From assembly GCA_964016885.1 (NCBI GenBank), contig OZ024747.1, forward strand, positions 8,742,001 through 8,806,000: a stretch of DNA of 64,000 bases. The letters are read 5' to 3'. A program made the position numbers and the translations under genes. Each line of letters starts with the position of its first letter. Position 1 is the first letter of the stretch. This document shows positions 62,171 to 64,000 of the stretch, piece after piece. The DNA is from Eledone cirrhosa. Taxonomy: Eukaryota. Under the pieces are notes generated by a model. It was not told the DNA's origin and did no database searches. It saw nothing but the letters and a program-made list of their open reading frames with translations.

Positions 62171-63699
62171 AATTTGATTCTTAAAGAGATCTCTTGAGTC
62201 TTCTTGAACTTTTAATACTTGAAATTGCTTTTAAATCATAAGATATGAGTGACTCAAAACCAGGAATGGAGACAGGTTTGCTGAATCAAACCCTCACCAT
62301 ACAGATCCAACCAAGTAATTACCAGAAGCTGAAAATAAAATGGTAAACATGTTACAAGTAACCATCATTAGTAGATTAACTCGATCAAATATGTATGCAT
62401 ATGTGTATGAGTGTTCATGTGTGTGACAGAGTGTGTTACATGTGTGTCTGCATGCATGTATGTGTGCATAAGTGTATGTGTACATAAGTGTAAGAAAAAT
62501 AAAGTGTTATGTATACTTGTGTATACATGTGTACATATGTGTGAGAGAGAAAAAACATTTATGTGTGCTTATGTGTATGTGTGTGTTGGAGATGGTATCT
62601 GCTCCTTTGAAATAGTGAGCTGCATAACTGATCTACCCAGATCTACCTTACACTCCTCCATATATTCCCCATATTGTGAGTCACCTCCCTGACCTTATAC
62701 TAAACACTTCAACCAGTTCTTCTTCCCCTTCTCTAAAATGCCTCCACCTACCTTTTACATTAAGTTACTATCTAAATAATGAAATAATTGATGATTTTAG
62801 TAAACCCCTCAAAATTCTGTACAAGTATTAGTTTAAAAAGTTGAAATCTGTCCTAAGCCTGGAGGCTTGTCTGGTTAGAATGTATTCCACTTTTTGGGGC
62901 ACTAAGTGACTGAGAATACATACTTCCCCACCACCAATGCCTGGACACGACACAAGTCCATTACAAGTTTAACCCCTAACTGCTGCTGTTGGTATTCATT
63001 TTCAGCTGAGCTGACAGAAGCAATGTGATAAAGAGTATTATACTTAAGAACACCATAGACCACATGGTCCACAAATCAAACTCACATTATGATCATGAGC
63101 CTAAAACCTAAGATCTAGTTAAGGTTAAAGCTAGTTTCAATGTCCCAATGGTAACTACTATTTCCAATACTCACTCATTTATTGCATATTTTTTAACAAA
63201 TTTGTACTTTTTTTCTGTTATCCAATCCAATACAGAGCTTTCTCACTCCTGTTAGAGGAACTCCTCCCTAGTTGACATCCACCACTTTCTGTTTGGTTTG
63301 GGGTTATGTTAGGGGTGTAGCTGTTCTCACCACACTTGGCCAATTTAAACCATAGTAGGAATCGATAGCTGTTGACTCTTCTATTTAATACCTTTTTGTA
63401 GTATGTCAATGGAGTGTATTGGTTATCGTCTGTAGTTAGTCAGGTTACAGACTGGAGGCCATAGCAATACGTAAGGCTTCATATCTGCCATAGTACAAGA
63501 TATGAAGCCATTTCTATAAGTTATCTCATGCAGAGACCCACCTGTTATGATCTTCACTTGACTATATCTTGTGAGTGAACTTTGACAGTCCATCTTAAAG
63601 GTCTATATCGATAGTGTGACTCTTCCAAGTGATGTTAACAAGCATCTGTAACACGTGAGGGGATGCATTCTGTCTAGGTGATTTTTAACTCTGTAACAA

Positions 63700-63906
63700 C
63701 TAAATCATCATGGTCATCACCATCACACCTACCACCACCACCATCATCATCACCACCACCACCACTGCCACCACCATCGTCATTGCCACCACCACCACCA
63801 TCATCATCATCATTATCATTATCATCATCCCCACCACCACCACCACCATCATCTTCATCATCATTCTCATTGTCACCATCCCCACTACCACCACCACCAT
63901 GATCAT
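63700..63906. repeat. (CAC/CAT)n trinucleotide tract
   Basis: Direct reading; explains the poly-Pro/Ser and poly-Val/Met ORFs. Confidence 0.93.
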
Positions 63907-64000
63907 CCCCCCCCCCCGGTCTGTGCTACCCCCATTTTCCCAGCTTTTCCACGCCTGTCTCTTGGCTTTAATGACTCTATCCAGTGTTCTGTTCCACCAC

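Overview
AT-rich, microsatellite-dense eukaryotic DNA. The repeat families and the clustered single-coding-exon C2H2 genes suggest a coleoid cephalopod such as Octopus; this is inferred, not proven. There are three C2H2 zinc-finger genes: 39829-41184 (+), 51110-51619 (+) and 60476-62170 (-). The first and last are convergent paralogues that share non-finger N- and C-terminal motifs. A near-complete Penelope-like retroelement (PLE) lies at ~23.5-26.9 kb (-), with RT and GIY-YIG in one frame split by a single TGA. The rest is tRNA-derived SINEs, LINE fragments, MITEs and minisatellites. The most striking hidden structure is about ten type I hammerhead-ribozyme motifs, intact and decayed, from several unrelated sequence families. 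They sit in PLE pseudo-LTR-like segments that are mostly inserted into (TA)n tracts and several times form fold-back palindromes. Two minisatellites are amplified Pol III promoter halves (A box, B box) of SINE heads. All structures were read by eye, and coordinates of degenerate repeats are approximate.
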